Of a stretch of 64,000 bases of DNA, positions 34,783 through 50,400 are shown one piece after another. The notes beneath the pieces were generated by a model that was not told where the DNA came from, ran no database searches, and saw only the letters and a list, made by a program, of their open reading frames with translations. Each line of letters begins with the position of its first letter. Within the stretch, counting starts at the first letter, position 1. The position numbers and the translations under genes are program-made. This DNA is from Balanoglossus misakiensis (lineage: Eukaryota; Animalia; Hemichordata), in contig CM082592.2 in NCBI GenBank assembly GCA_040954595.2, forward strand, positions 1,860,001-1,924,000. The letters run 5' to 3'.

Positions 34783-37700
34783 ATGCGGGTAAAAATCACG
34801 CCAGCAGCGCTTCTTTTGACTTTGTTCTTTGCACTGTCTTACCAAGCACCCATGGAAACTGATTATGATGTAATGGTGAGTGTTGTCTTGAAGTACGGGT
34901 TTGAAGTCGTCGAATACCTGATATATTAATATTAATGGAAACAATGGCGTATTGCAACTGTAGAGAGGAACTCGGAAGGCTTTGCACTTCCCTAAACGAA
35001 GTTTCGGCTTTTAGCGGTATATCATTACAATGGGAACCGTAAATAGTCTGGAAGTTTTACACCGCGGCGTTATATGTTCAGTTTTGAGCGTCTTGGTGCA
35101 ACAACCTTGTCCTAAAGGAGTTTAATTAGAGGCATGAACCATCCGACGTAGTTGCACTACTTTATCCTGGACAGGAGTTGCGTACACTGTAGAAGGGTTT
35201 TGTATTCTTTCAACTTGAAGAAGCAAAACGTTTTGACAAAGGGGCAATTATCCTGCATTGTCAGTGGTATAATGCAAGTTGTATTGACTGCGTAAGGTCG
35301 ACACTGCAGTGTATAACAATGCTTGGTATGCGGATCTGAAAATACTAGTATTGCCACGTGAGTGGGTTGGTAATTAAAATGCGAAAGCGGGTCACGGCAC
35401 CCCCCCCCCCCATAAGAAAGAGGGGCGTAGTCACGGTAACTCGAGTGGCCAGACACAACGAGATATTACTGAAACACTGTAATTGCGCAAATCAAGGTTG
35501 TAGCCGCCCTTTGTACCATTCTAATTTATTACAGCAATATCTGGAACGGTACGGCTACCTAGCAAGGATGGACATGAACGCTGGGCAGCTGAGAACAGCA
35601 GAGCAGTTCGAGGAAGCACTCAGACATTTCCAAAGATATGCCAACATCTCTGTCACAGGTGGGGCGTTTTAATACTTAATTCGTAAATAAACAACGTAAA
35701 GGACGGTAACAGTTTTCGGTATTTTCTTCAAAGCACAATCGTCGCAGTTGATGGGAAACGAGGGTTTGAGGTTGCCTTCTTCGTGCAACCTTACTAGCAT
35801 ATCTGAAACCGTAGCTGTGATTACAAAACAGGAAATATGGACAGTGAGACGATGAACATGATGAGACAACCACGATGTGGACTTCCTGACATGATGGGCA
35901 CCATGGACGAAGGCGGGAGACGCAAACGATACTCGACGGGGCCAGTGGCCTGGCCTAGAAATCGCCTCACCTACAGGATCACAAAATCAACACCCGACTT
36001 AAGCCGACAAGAAGTTGTGGAAATTATTCAGCGTGCGTTTGATGTGAGTGTTTGCCTGTTGTAAACATACGTCACATGTATAATTTTGTGACCATTTATA
36101 CACTGAATGTCGTACTGTTGCTATGTGCTATTCGTAAAAAGATAACGTCCAGCCAGTCAATATATTTCATTCCCAATGTCAGCATTATGAATTGCCAACG
36201 CATATTTGAAATTAATAGAACAAATGAAGCAATGGCTTTGGCCACTAAAAAAATAGAAATTGCCGACATGCATCAAAGGGACACCCATCACAATTATTGG
36301 CTTTTGCGCTCATTTTCATGCTTCGGACGTGAATGTCTTGGTTACTTCTTGCAAATTAGACATATAATAGTTTGAAAGTGTGAGCATTAACACGTGACCA
36401 ACCCAAATATGGATGCTTAAAGTGTACTATTCGCAGTCATAATACTATGCGATAGCTCCGTCTCCTGTATGGGGAAGTGACTTGATATTATCCAGTACAC
36501 TTCTGCTTATTGAATAGGTTTGGGCAGCCGAAACACCACTCACCTTCGTAGAAATTGATCAGGGAACACCCGACATAGTGATATTCTTTGACACGGGATC
36601 TCACGGCGACGGTGACCCCTTTGATGGGCCGGGAGGGGTCTTAGCACACGCGTATTTCCCTACTACTGGTGATGCTCATTTTGACGACGACGAAGATTTC
36701 ACAGCAGATTCGTTCGACGGTGGGTGTTTCAAAGTTACTTCGGCTTAGTGACATTTCGCTCTTTGTCCATAGCAGGTCTCAAGGCTGCACGCAGAAACAA
36801 AGAGCGCACTCCTGCATTATAGAATATCCATTTTATGCACCCAGGCCAATGTAACCCTTAAATATTCATGGAAGTCGTGTTCTAGATTAAAGGTATACAC
36901 ACTAGAAAGATCATGGAATTCAGAGGACATTATGATCACACTCTAGTTGAGATGGTAACACAGCTGGTGTGTCGTTTGGTCAAGTAAACAGTTTCCCATA
37001 ACCTCCCTAAATAACAACAGTTTGCTTTTAATGTGATGACAAAATTCCTCTCTAATCTGACATTTACAGGTATCAACTTATTTCAAGTAGCTGCGCATGA
37101 GTTTGGACATAGCCTGGGTTTGGGGCATTCGGATGTTCCAGGAGCGCTGATGGCGCCCTTCTTTCAGGGTTATGTACCCAACTTTCAACTCCACGAGGAT
37201 GACGTCATGGGGATCCAGTATTTGTATGGTAAGTGCTTTCAAACGTCACGCGTATTTTTTAATCCTCTGCAAATGTAATGGTTTCGGTACACGTGTGTTG
37301 TTGGAGTTGTGCTTACCACCATCCTCTCTGAATTATAGTTGGGAAATAGACTGTCACCGGGCGTGTGATAAAATTATGCAAGATGTTATGTTTATGTAAG
37401 AGAACGGAGAACACATTGGAATCGCAATGTGACTGCTTCTGGCCAGATTGCAGAAATACAAACCAACTCTCAGGGATGGCAGGTCAAATGCCGTTTACGC
37501 ATTCATCAAGTAAAGTATGCGTTCATTAATATTCAACACTCGTTTCACCTTCACTAGGTATGTCTGACAACGATGAAGTAATGCCATCACCAGATCCGAA
37601 TGTGACACCGAATAATAGTCCAGTTCCCGACTGTGAAGGCATCTTCGACGCAATCACAAGAACACAAGACGGTTCAAGTTATGCCTTCCGCGGTAAAGAC

Positions 37701-39776
37701 GTTTTCCTTCTTTCTTTTTTTATTTTTCTTTGTTTCTGTCTGTCTGTCTGTCTGTCTCTTTCTTTCTTTTTCTATTTCTTTCTTTCTGTTATTTCTTTCT
37801 CTCTTTCTTTCTTTCTTTCTTTTTTATTTCTCTCTTTCTTTCTTTCCTTATTTCTTTCTTTCTTTTCCTTCTTTCTGTTTTAATGTTTATGATAGAATGA
37901 AATAATCAACGTGAATCAACCACTCTATTACAATACCCCCCCCCCCCGAAATAATACGGCACTCTGTACATACTTTCGCCTGTATTAGGCAACCGGTTTT
38001 GGCGAATGGGTCAAAATGACAACAAGTTTGGAATGTCACAGTCAATTAGTGCAGAATGGTCTGGTCTCCCGAACGACCTCGACGCCGCTTTATATTGGCC
38101 GGGCGACGGAAAAACATTCTTCTTCAAGGTCAGTTGGTGTTCTAAACCCTAGAACTCTTCCACTTGCCTTGGCATAAAAACCACCTCGTGGGAACCGTCT
38201 CACAGTTTGGAGGAATTCATATTTAGCTGTGTGGATCAAGGCAAACGATCAAATACCTGATCATTTCACAGCTCCATATAGATAAACAACCGAACACGCT
38301 TCAGGTGGATGATTCAGAAATACAGAGGTATACAGGAGATGCGAGAAAATAACCTACATGTTATGGCTAATTTATATATCGTAATCCCACAACTCTCACG
38401 ACCGTTTAATTTTGAAATTTAAAAACATAGTCCAACGTGTTCAAGTTCCCCCATAAAGTCACCCACGACATAAGTGTAAGTTCACATTAATATGTATGTG
38501 GGTACGTACATGTAATGCCAATACTTTACTTTTACATCCTCTGTCATTTAGTAAAATGAGGGTAAAATGCCCAATCATTTAATGTAAAATTAGGCGAGTA
38601 TAATTGCACATACGATGTAATGTTGTCTTATGATGCTAGTACCTCCATCCACAATGCATTAGTTGGGACACATCACAAGCCAATGCGTTTTGTTTATGAG
38701 TTCACCCAGACCATGCATGTTGTTTATTTTTCAGGGTCACCAGTACTGGAGGTTTGAAAACCAAGTTTTAGACAGCGGGTACCCTCGTCCACTCACAGAC
38801 TGGGGAATTCCGTCTGGTGTTGACGCCGCATTTGTTTGGGGTGGCAACGGCAACGTTTACTTTATTAAAGGTATGGACAGCGGTAAACTATCAAGAAAAA
38901 GTAACACGTGTGAACTTCACTTCAAAAATCACCTGTGTTATCGGCTTGTCAACATACACGTGACATATGCAGTATGTTCTTAGAATTCAAGGCACGCAGG
39001 AATATTGATTTTGACTGTTTTATGCTGTCATCCACTTTTTTTGTAAACTGCATGTATGTTCGATTATTTTTGGGCAAATGTGTACATACAGTAGTTAATA
39101 CATAGTTATCACGTAGGTGGCGTACTTCAATGGAAATATGCAGCATAGGGCAAATGATTGTCTTGTCAATTGATAGAGGGCGTACGACGTGAGAGCTGTA
39201 TTTTTGCGGCCCCCTTATAATTGTAATTTGACCTATGCGTCGCACGCTCCTTGTTTGAAACTGGAGATCGAACGACTTCGAATACAGGGCAATTTGCCTA
39301 GATTTCAACTGGTTTTGTAGATTTTTTTCAAATTATGAAATGACAGATGAATGTCATATAAAATTTAACAGCGATAATACCAACTTACCATCAGGCCACA
39401 TTGTTTTTATTTGCTAACAGATGACCAGTATTATAGATACAGCAACGGCGTAGACGAGGGGTACCCGAAGCCTCTGTCGGTGTGGGAAGGGCTTCCGGAC
39501 AACATCGACGCCGTTTTCCAGTGGAACAACGGCCTGACGTATTTCTTCGCCGGCAACGAATATTACAGATTCAACGATCAAGAGTTTTCTGTCGAGGACT
39601 CGTACCCCAGGTATACGTCACTATGGTGGATGGGTTGCCACCTGGACATGGAGGAAACGACCAGAGCCATGACGACAAGATCAATTTGCGACGGCAACTT
39701 CATAGCAGGCAGTGAAGCAATCCGGCCGAATGCGGCAATTATGCTGTTTGTTTTGTCTTTCATGCTGTTCGTCTAA
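34783..39776 (+). CDS. Membrane-type matrix metalloproteinase (M10A), 518 aa, 9 exons
   Basis: Exons 34783-34875, 35535-35658, 35832-36043, 36518-36719, 37070-37228, 37558-37692, 37989-38128, 38735-38870, 39421-39776 (1557 nt). Signal peptide, PRCGLPD cysteine switch, RRKR furin site, [11 protein letters not shown], Met-turn ALMAP, hemopexin repeats, hydrophobic C-tail. Confidence 0.95.
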
Positions 39777-41379
39777 ACTTGCACGATCGCATATATTTTT
39801 GGATATTCAACGTTTCCGCCAATTCTGATTTGCAGAGCTTCAGGCAACATTTACCATCTAAGACCAAAATAAATTCAGTAACCTACTCACCAAGATTCAC
39901 ATAACCTGAAGTGAATCTGCCATGTTGCCTTCACAGTCATTCTGAGAGTTCACTTTATATACCTTTCGTGTGTAGTAAGCCCGAACCTTTTGATAAATAA
40001 CTTGAAAACACATTAAAATAAATTTAATCCGGTTTTAAGTCTTTACCAATTAACAAGTCGGGAGATGTATTCTTTGTAATCCCTTGTAAATCATGATTGT
40101 TACACGTACATGTATGTACAGTACTGTTAGACCTATGACTTTCTCTCGTAAGGTCCTGTACTATAGGTTGGTGATATTTCCGAATTAAGTTTTCTACTTG
40201 TACATTCCTGTGTTATTCTTGAGAATTATTTATAATAGTTCTGCATATGACAGAAAAAAAACTGTGTATGGCTTAAATACTGAAATATAACGGTTGATCC
40301 TTTTCACGCGTATAGACTGTGATACAAGTCTCAATGGTCGAGTAGCTGCCACTTAGACATATACAGTTATATTTTCATGTAACAACGGCATTGCTATTTT
40401 AGTTTCCACGATGAGTAAACATACAGCACTGTTTTAAAATAAAATTCCCCAAATATTCAATGGTTTACTTTTTCTTCAATTACTCGACTGACAAACTTAT
40501 TTTTCACATGTTACCATAACGCCAAAGGAAATTGCTTATCATGCAACGTTTTAATGGTAATCGTCGCACACACCGTACGTTTATGATCCAAGAGTTGACC
40601 GGTTAAGATTTACAACACCTCTCTGAGATCATGCACAACTCGAGTATTTTGTGCACGTCACGATCAGCACCGACACCAGGTGGGGTACGACAGGTATGCA
40701 GTTCACGTCTGCAGGACAAAGTGTCGGCTACACGACGTTGTTGTGGAACACAATCAGTCGAACGGACCAATACGTAACGTCCAATACCACCAGTTTTCAT
40801 TAGCAGGTAAGAATGCAGTGCAGTGCTATTGTTTACCCAATATGCAGTGATTGGGTGGAACGAATTAGGTTATCACAGACTGATATTTGTGTCGTACACT
40901 TTCAACGAGAATTAAATAGTAACTGTCCAATAGGCGTTGAAACGGCAAGTTTACTTTCTGTATCATTAATATGCTTTGCATTGCGTACATGATTGATAAA
41001 CGAAATTGGTGCTGTCAAAATGTTGACGTATATACATTCAAGCACAACACAATCATACTCACAGCAAACCCTATTCACGTTTATGCAGACGGTACAGAAA
41101 TCGCACCTCACTGGAGATGCAACATGTTGACGTCTGCCTTACGGAAGTGACAAGGCGGAACTAAACGTAAATTTATGTCAAAACGAAACAAGCGACATAG
41201 CAGCTAATATTTATTCAATTGTATTCCACTGGGGCTTTTAATGTGGTGTAAAATAAACTAGCACAGCTGATAAACTATATTTCATTTCCCATGCTTACTT
41301 TGGACGCTCTGATTGGATAATAAATGTGTCGGAACAAAACATTGATATGTGATATAAAGAATAAAACAAAATGATCCAA

Positions 41380-43030
41380 AAGTTTGAACCTAACGTTCAC
41401 CTTTTGGAGGCTCTGCGGAATACTCTTGATCCCTTTGTGAATTACGTATCTCAAAATATGAATTCCAGTATTTCAATAAAGAGCAAAACTCATAATTTTC
41501 GCTGGTAAGTTTAATATGTTGAAAGTTTAACATGCGAATATGCAGTTTACGTTCTCATAAATAAACTGACCAAAGACAGTACAGGATGTCTCTACTACAT
41601 GTACTTTTAGCAAATATTATGATATTGTGCAGTGACTTCACATTTCTTACTCTTCTCTGTAATCGCTCATTATCATTATCCACGGAACCTTAAATTTGCA
41701 GGACGATCTGTTCAAACCCAAACTTCAATGGCAGTTTCTCGTGGCACAGCTACAGGACAAGGTTTATATGGAGATTGTGTGGTAAGTCAGAAAGGGTCGC
41801 AGTAGTTGAATCATTAAGCGTTGTCACAAAACATCACACGTTACACTTATACGTATTTTAAATTTACCTTATTGTAAGATGTACGAATGTTATCCGTTTG
41901 ATGTGTGTGTCATTTACAATTATCCATATAATAAAATATAGCTTACTAACGCAACTATTGGTTATTTACGGAATCTTCGGTTTATGTTAATTTACACACG
42001 ACAGTTAAATCAACGACAGGGATGCAATCTCAAGAGTGCCAATATTTAACACTTTTATTATATTTGCCTGTAACAGGACTCTGAAGAAGAAAAAAGAGTA
42101 CACGAACGATTATTGTCAGTAGGTGCTGAAATCAAAACCTGTAAGTTATCTCGAAGTTTGTAACCATCATAAGACCGTCTTTGTTGCTGTCCTGAAAACA
42201 GCCCCGACAACTGTTGCCTGGAATTTGTCTGCGCTTGTATATACACATGTAGAAATGCTTGAAAATGATGATGTGTGTTTGGCTTACAGTAGATCGCCTG
42301 TATTGGCTCTTCTTCATAGATGCCGTGGCGCGTGCTACAAAGCGCGTATATATCGACTGATTAAATTCGGCGAGAGCATGTCCGTTGACTGCGTTGAAAA
42401 TAGTTTTGGTGGCTCATATCTGTGCGCTGGCGGATGCACTGGCTAAACACTGCAGTAATATCGTCTTCCGTCCGGCATTTCTGTTGCAATTCTTGCAGAC
42501 GCTATACGGTATCTTGAGTATTGGTTGACAGGGTGAGATTTGCGATTAACGAAGTAATCAGAGATCATTCATTATGATCCCATTTCAAGGAATGGCAAAG
42601 AATATTGACGTGAGATAAAAAAAAATCAATCTTCGGGTATGACCTGCCCGTATCTATTGTCGCAGCCAAATAGCGTTATAAAACAGATAATTCCTGGTTG
42701 CTTTTATAATGTCCAGGCAATGTATGTTCACCACTTGCCCGTATTAATTCCCAACAGATGTAGATGAAAAAACCAAACCTATCAGCAAAGACAGACTTAT
42801 CAAATTGGATAAGGCCACTGGCACAGATGTATTTGAAAAAAACGAAGCCCAAAGAAACACCAAGAGGCTGCTGCTGTACTATTCTGTGATGCCTGTACCA
42901 GACGATATGATAAAATCAGATCGATATAGACAAATTCTTTGCAGATTGAAGCAAACTATATTCGCACCGAGAAATGCTCTTAAGAATCATAATGGATACT
43001 TTCAGAGGTACAGTTATGTAACATTCTCAT
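41380..43030 (+). pseudogene. Degenerate paralog of the 51280-53660 region (3' part of the second VWA gene)
   Basis: Colinear similarity blocks: 41381/51293, 41701/51631, 42360/53065 and 42870/53545. Confidence 0.65.
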
Positions 43031-44457
43031 GACAAACCTTATGTATATCATACTCACAATGTAACTTATGTATTTCTCGTAGTCACATAACAAAATGTAC
43101 GAGGTGCCTGACGTAGATGGCCATACATATTCATAATTATAAAAATGGTATGTTCTGAACATCACAATTGAACATGCAAACTTGTAGCAAACTTATTCGA
43201 GTTATGAAATTTCCTTGTGGATTTCCTTTGTTGCATTTTATTGACGTAGGTGGCCATGCATATTTTGTCATATGTGTATATACTTATTTATACTTGGAAT
43301 GCAGCCACATGCGCATCACTTCTCCCTGACTTGAAGGCCTAACTGCATGATCGGTCGAACCAACAGTTTAAACACAGCTGGTACACAGGTGTAACGATGC
43401 GTTAGAATACTCAAGTTTTTTAAGTTATTTTACATATATTGAGACTCTGTGTATATTATTTGTTATCTTCAGCGACAAAAGCGTCATTTTGACACGTGTA
43501 AGTAATCAACACTGAGAGACATTACTTTTGCAATCACCGACTCCAAGAGTAAGTTGCAAAATGCTATTGAGTAAAGTAAACGAAATTACCAGGAATGGCA
43601 GGGACACAGTATTCGCCCTGTAACCATGCAGGTAAAATAAAGTGTCCGTTAATAGTTTATTCACCTTATCTACTTGACATCTTTTAGTTTATTCTAGTGG
43701 ACCGATGACCGTGACCACCTGTTATCTGGCCAGTATCTCTAGAATCCATCTCCATATAATACACATTCTCCTGAATCCATGTAACGGTCACTTGACCTGG
43801 ATAATCAAGTGTCACAAGTGCCGTTGTAAATACTAAAGATGAAAGTAGGCACCAGAGCCTGAGTTTTACTCTACTTTTGACCCAAATCAACATTTTAACA
43901 TATTCTTTTTTTGAATATTGGCAAGGAAATGCGTTAGCAACTCGTTACATATTAAATATTATAAACATGCTTGCTATGGACAAAAATATTCAGGTAACTT
44001 ATACATGTACATATAAGAAGGTGTTAGCCATTACATGTAGAGATATTGAAGTTAATACTTGCCTGTTTAACTGGACAATAAACTGGCCAAGTGAAGTCTG
44101 TTGTCATTTTTCTTATTTCAAATCGACATTTTTCATATCGCTTCAACGGCACATTATCTTATAAGCATCTTGGCTATACATCTCTATCAAACACGAATTC
44201 CCCTAAATCTCTAAACGAGGAACCAATGCTGGTATAAAAGTTCACCATTACCTCCCAAAGCGCGGAAGGTGAGTACTGACACGCAAACGGTAGTCAAAGC
44301 CACCTTAGACTAAAGTCCACACGGTACGCCTTGTTCGCATATTTGCACATTTCTTTTCCGTGTTCAATCACAAACAACGAGCCATCGAAACAGCGAATCA
44401 TTTCCTCCTCCCGTTTACTATCTTAAACACCGCGTTTCAAACCCATCAGGTTAAACA

Positions 44458-47400
44458 ATGGCATTCGACACGATCTTGCTTGTGGACAACTCGGTTTCAA
44501 AAGGCAAGTTGAAATATGTCAAGAAGGGTTTGAGAAAATTTCTCAAAACTCTGACCGTCGCTAATCTGGAGGAGAGCATAACATTGGTTGAATTTGGCGG
44601 CGAAGCTCGTGTCTTCCAAGCAAGGACATCGGACTTTAACGAAGTACGTAAAGTTGTAGGTGAGTGCACTGGGTTTATTTGACTAGGCGTATTTCTTGCT
44701 TGATTATATTTCGTCAAGTCATCATACTTTTCGTTGCGCTACCAGTAGCTCAGGGCTAGCCTAGCTGACGGGACAGACTAAATTTTCTGTGTCCCATGTC
44801 TTCAACCCGTTGTCCAGCGTAAGGCACATGATTTCTCTGAAATCGCCTCTCCAATAATACAGAAATTGATATTTGATAACATGTTACCGAGGATGTTCTA
44901 AATTAAATTTGTTAAAATTATAAAGACACGTGCCAGTGTATTTTGATGAAAATGTGTCAGTTTTGTACGAACGCAAGAAAACATTATCAACTTATTTTAT
45001 GAATTCTAGTTTCCGAGTGCTTTGAAAACGAGTTTGATGGTCCCCAGAAAGGATATACTTTTATATTTTAAATTGTATTGAGTCCGCGGTCTTTACTTTG
45101 TTTGTAAACATAAACAATGATCACTACACGACAACATAGTTTGTTGACAAGCAGAAAACTGCACATGTTGGGATACTATGCGGAGAAGAACAAGACAAAT
45201 CTCCTTGATAAATAAAACACAATTATCATACATGCAACGCCTGTATTTGGCACTTTCTATTGTTCTCGCCCCGAAGATATTTTACGGTATTTCACCGAGT
45301 GAAATATATCTTCACTCCGCGTCTCGAACTATTTTTGAGAACGCGCGGCGCGACAGTTCGCTGCGCGTGCGAGCGACATACGGGGCATAGGACGCTAGTG
45401 GAGAGGGGTGTTGTAAAATTCGGTTATTAGAAGCTGTAATAATGTTTTCAAAGCTGGCGGTTTTACCATGTTGAATGTATCATTTTTACTTCTTCGAAAT
45501 TCTCAATGCAAAATAATTGTTAACATGATATTTTGAAAGAGAACGTAGACAATTTTATTTAGAAAGCAAATGTGCCCATCGTAATGAAAGCTGCCAACCC
45601 CCTTAAAAAGATACTACGGCCCACACGTCATACGTCACAACATGGCTACTGCCGTGATCCCAGGCCTCAGGGCGCCCGGTTCAAATTTGAAATTGTTTTT
45701 CTCGGCGCATTGTCACAAATCGTACTGTTTTATAGGTATAGGCATGTACGATAAAGGGGTTATTACACGAATTTTGGTCGATAACGCGACGCATTCTCGT
45801 GATGTCCGTATTTTGACTCGTTGCTTCGCAACTCGTCAAAATACGGACATCACTCGAATATGACGCGTTATCGACCAAAATTCGTGTAATAACCCCTAAA
45901 TATTGAACAATTGCCAGACATCATTGATATTGACCCTTTACTACGTATTATATTACCATGGCCTGTGCGTCGCATTTCAATTGGTCGAGATGAACGACGT
46001 CACTGAGCACAAATACTCAGTAATGGTTTGTTTACATGCCCGTAAATCTGAATAGTAATATTAGAGAACAGTTCAGTGAATACAACATTTTGCGTAACAC
46101 ACGTTCCGGGGTCCCTAGTCTTGTGCGTAGGTCATTTTCGTAAATTTTGACAGTTTTCTCGAGTTCGTTGGTAATATAATGGAAATAACTGACTCCGCCC
46201 TGACCATTAACGTTTGTTACGTTTATGGGCGAGGGCTCGAGGAAAGCCAAAAATCCTTGCCCATAAACAAACGTTAATGGTCAGGGCGTCGTCCATTATT
46301 TCTATAGTAAATCGTACTGGAACTGTAGATACAAGATACACGGTGTTGTAGATCGCTTATAATTATTCCTGTATGTACGATTATTCCTCCTAACAGATAA
46401 GCTGAAGAAGCATGGGAAACCTGTCATGTCCGCTGGCTTGGAGAAAGCACGGGATGAGATAGCCAAGTTGGGTAAGTATATATAATTTACTTCTTTGTTT
46501 AAACTTTTAATGCTTTCAAGTTTGCCGTTTTTTTCCAAATATGCAACAACGATACAACTGCCCGTTACTAACGAAACAAAAGGTCTGAGGAATTATATGA
46601 TGCCTCGCGAGTCAGCATATTGGGCTGTGTTGTTATACAGCTCTGAAGTGGTGTGTGCACTTGTTAAATCATCAATTAAGTCTTGCTTCTATGACATCGA
46701 TCGATGTGTGTGTTTACTCTCTGTCACCGGCTGGCTGGTGACCTCTGACAAATATCTGTCTTTCAAAGACTGTTCTGTGTATTTTGTTAATTGTTTGTGT
46801 TGTGCTGTGCTGTAGCGTTTTATGACCCTGTCTTTGCAACTGGCTATTAATAGAATCTCACACTCCCAAAGACCTGGGATCGTATTTCTCACACGAGTTG
46901 GGGATTTTTTGTCCCACTAGAGCCGCAGGCGAGTGTGGGACAAAATATCCCCGACGAGTGTGAGAAATACGATCCCAGGTCCTTGGTGTGTGAGATTCTT
47001 TTTCTCACACGACCAGAAATTTGCGATATTAACGTTTATTTACAATAAAAGAACTAAATCTATAAAATACCAACTGATAACTGCATGACCAGTCATATAT
47101 TGATCCGCCCCGCAAAACATAGTCCCCATTTCATCACGAGTTTACAGTACACACATGCTACAAAAATGTGCTCAACACATTTAAATATGGAGATTGTTTC
47201 CAGTGGCATAAATTCACGTGCCATCTAGAAAATACAACCGTTTTTTTTCGTCTGTCGCCAACCACGTACACCACTATCGTCTGCCTATGACCTGATCACA
47301 TTGTAGTTCGGGTTTGTGTACAACACATCACACCATTGGATAATATTTGCTCGTTCTTAGGGGTATGAATATCATTATCCAATCAGAGCTCGTGCCAGAT

Positions 47401-50400
47401 AACAGTTGTCTGTGTGCGCATTAACACAGAGTGTGGGATCAATTTGATCCCACACTCTATATATATAGCACTTGCTATTTTCTGTTCCCAATTACCCTTT
47501 CATGCAATCTGTTTTACTCACGAGTTATGTAAATACTTCTCAACAAGGGTAATAAATTCAATTGAATTGAAAAATTGAATTGAACTCCCAGCGGCCAGGA
47601 GTGTGAGAAATGTAAATACTGTATATTTGACCTATAAACTTTGAAATATCGATGGGTATGGTCACAAATGTTTGACAATAGAAATGACTCAAAATGCGCA
47701 CCTGAAATAAGACGTTTAAATTATAGGCCTCACATGAAAAGCATTCGGTGATTAGCCTACAATTATAGGCGGAATTCCTGTGGTCCTGTGCACGTGTCTT
47801 GGTTCTTTTACACAGCGGCACAAACCACTACAAGTCGGCAAACAACTTAAGTCAATACACACACGACGTTTGCGATAAGGAAAAAACACGTTGAAACTCT
47901 GATGACAAATGTTGGTTCCGCCTTGAAATGATGTGTATGCTCTACCGGGTTGTCAACGAATTAGACAATTCAAAGGAATTGATTAGCACATAATTTACAT
48001 GCATATCTGCGTATACAATTATAATTGTTTAATGTAAAATATGAATATTTTAAGTTTGCAAAAAAAAGCTTTAGTAGAGGCGAGTATGACACTGCGCCGA
48101 TTTATAACAAGATGATCACTGATTAAAGTCAATATCGTCCTTAATAGGCGGTGTTCAAGATCTTTCCAATGGTATAAAACTCATCCCAAGAATCATTATT
48201 GTGGTCGGCAACGGGCCTCATGTGAGTGGTTTATTTTTATCCTACAGGGAAAATTAATTGAGTGTCCGGTTTGGATTTCTGGGTTTGACAAATTTCTTTA
48301 TCGCTGGCCAGTACAGAAGTCAAACATTGTAGCAAGTTGAATTCCAAAGGGAGCGTACGCATATTGTCTCTGCAATGCATTGCTCCACTGCACCGTCACG
48401 TACACACAATCAGACTTCGCACGCAATTTGTTTTTAAACTTTCATGCTTTTTTTTAAATAAACCTTCAAACGTTGAACAAGAAAATTCCAGTCACTGTGG
48501 TAGTTCATGTTAAATAGTTAATGTGTGACCGATAATAAACTGAGTATACAGACGCCATGGAAAGAAATGGAAGTTGAACTTCCACATTGTCCACCCGCAT
48601 GACAAAGTATAGCTCTGCGTACATAACAGGTCTGTGTGTTCCCGGCGTTACACGGTGTAACGCCGGGAACACACAGACCTGTACGCAGGGTTAGACAACG
48701 CTGAACTCAAAACAATCAACATTACTGAACTTTAAATCGTATCATGACTGCCGATGTTTCAGATTATTCATCTACTATTATATAGCCAGTTTCCGTCAAA
48801 TATTTTGCTGTACATGTATCTTGGGGCAAGTGATTTCCCTGACGGCATCATATACAGCGACAGACAGGTTGGCATGAAGGAGTCTTTCACTTTACTGACA
48901 GTGTTCGACGGGGTTCAGATAGAGAGAATATGCCTCGGTCATCCAACTTGAACTTTTTGCTGACAGATGCTAAAGTACCCCTTGGAATATATCCTGTATT
49001 TTTGTCGGCTCCATTTTCTTCAAGTTAAGACAAAAAAAGTGTTCGCAGATCTCTACTCAACGAATGTCCACGTTGAAATTGCCTACCTTTGATTGATGTA
49101 TGAAACATTTTGGCGCTCTCACTCATCAGAATCGTTGACTGCAATCATGGACATGCTGCAATGGAAGAAACCAAACCAGCAGAGAGAGCCATACCCATCG
49201 TTTTTCTTTCATTGAAACGTTCAATATTACGCGAGTAATCATGGTCGCCTATTATTTGGTGAATTTTTGGAAAATATTGACTAGTTCTCCAAATTTTGCA
49301 AACTCTTCCGACAAGATGAGTAAGAAATGCAAGTGTGAGAATGTACGTTCGCGGCCCATACCCCTCATTAAAAATAGTCGATCTCTGGCGAAGAAAAGTC
49401 GATACTTTTACGCAAATATTGTGCCAAGAAGGCAGAAACTTGAAAGTTGGCCGCGACGTAAACAGTACCTGCAATTTCCCGCAAAATGAACACACCCAGA
49501 GCAAGTTCGGTTGATGTTGAAGACTTTCTTTGAAATATTGATCCAATGCTTGAACAATTTGCCAGTGATTTTCGTCGGTTGGATTTTGTGAACACAACTC
49601 ATATGAAATTTCTGAAACCAAGAGATCTGGAGAAGTTCACGTGCAAAGTTAGTGATGTTCACCGGAGAATGTTGCTGAACGCCGTTGCAAAACTACAAAC
49701 ACCCAGTTCAAAACTGGGTTTGCGGGATGAATAAAGCCCAAAGGCGCACGAAGGACTTTAAGAAACAAGGTGACATCGTGATTGCTGACAATGCTCCGAT
49801 ACATCACCACGAAGGCGAACTGATTCTCTCAAACTGGTAGGAAACTCTTGGAATGGAATACACTTTCACTCCGGCATATTCTCCCGATCTGGACCCCGTC
49901 GAACACTGTTTCGGTAAAGTGAAAAAACTCTTGAAAGCTGAACGATTTCGCGGTCTCCTTCATGCCAAACTGTCTGTCGCTGTATATGATGACGTCAGGG
50001 AAATCACTTGCTAAGATACAGCAAAATATTTGACGGAAACACTGGCTATATAATAGTAGATGAATAATCTGAAACATCGGCAGTCATGATACGATTTAAA
50101 GTTCAGTCATGTTGATTGTTTTGAGTTCAGCGTTTGGAAAGCGTTGTACTTTGTCATGCGGGTGGACAATGTGGAAGGTCAACTTCCATTTCATTTCATG
50201 GCGTCGGTATACTCAGTTTATTATCGGTCACAACTCAACTGTTTAACATGAACTACCACTGGAATTTTCTTGTTCAACGTTTGAAGGTTTATTTAAAACA
50301 AATTGCGTGCGAAGGATGATTGTGTGTACGTGACTGTGCAGTGAAGCAATGCATTGTAGAGACAATATGTGTACGCTCCCTTTGGAATTCAACTTGCTAC

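Noticed and set aside
40603-40800. Short ORF faintly resembling VWA exons (TDCVP, VGADRDV)
   Set aside because: Similarity is too weak and there is no splice structure.
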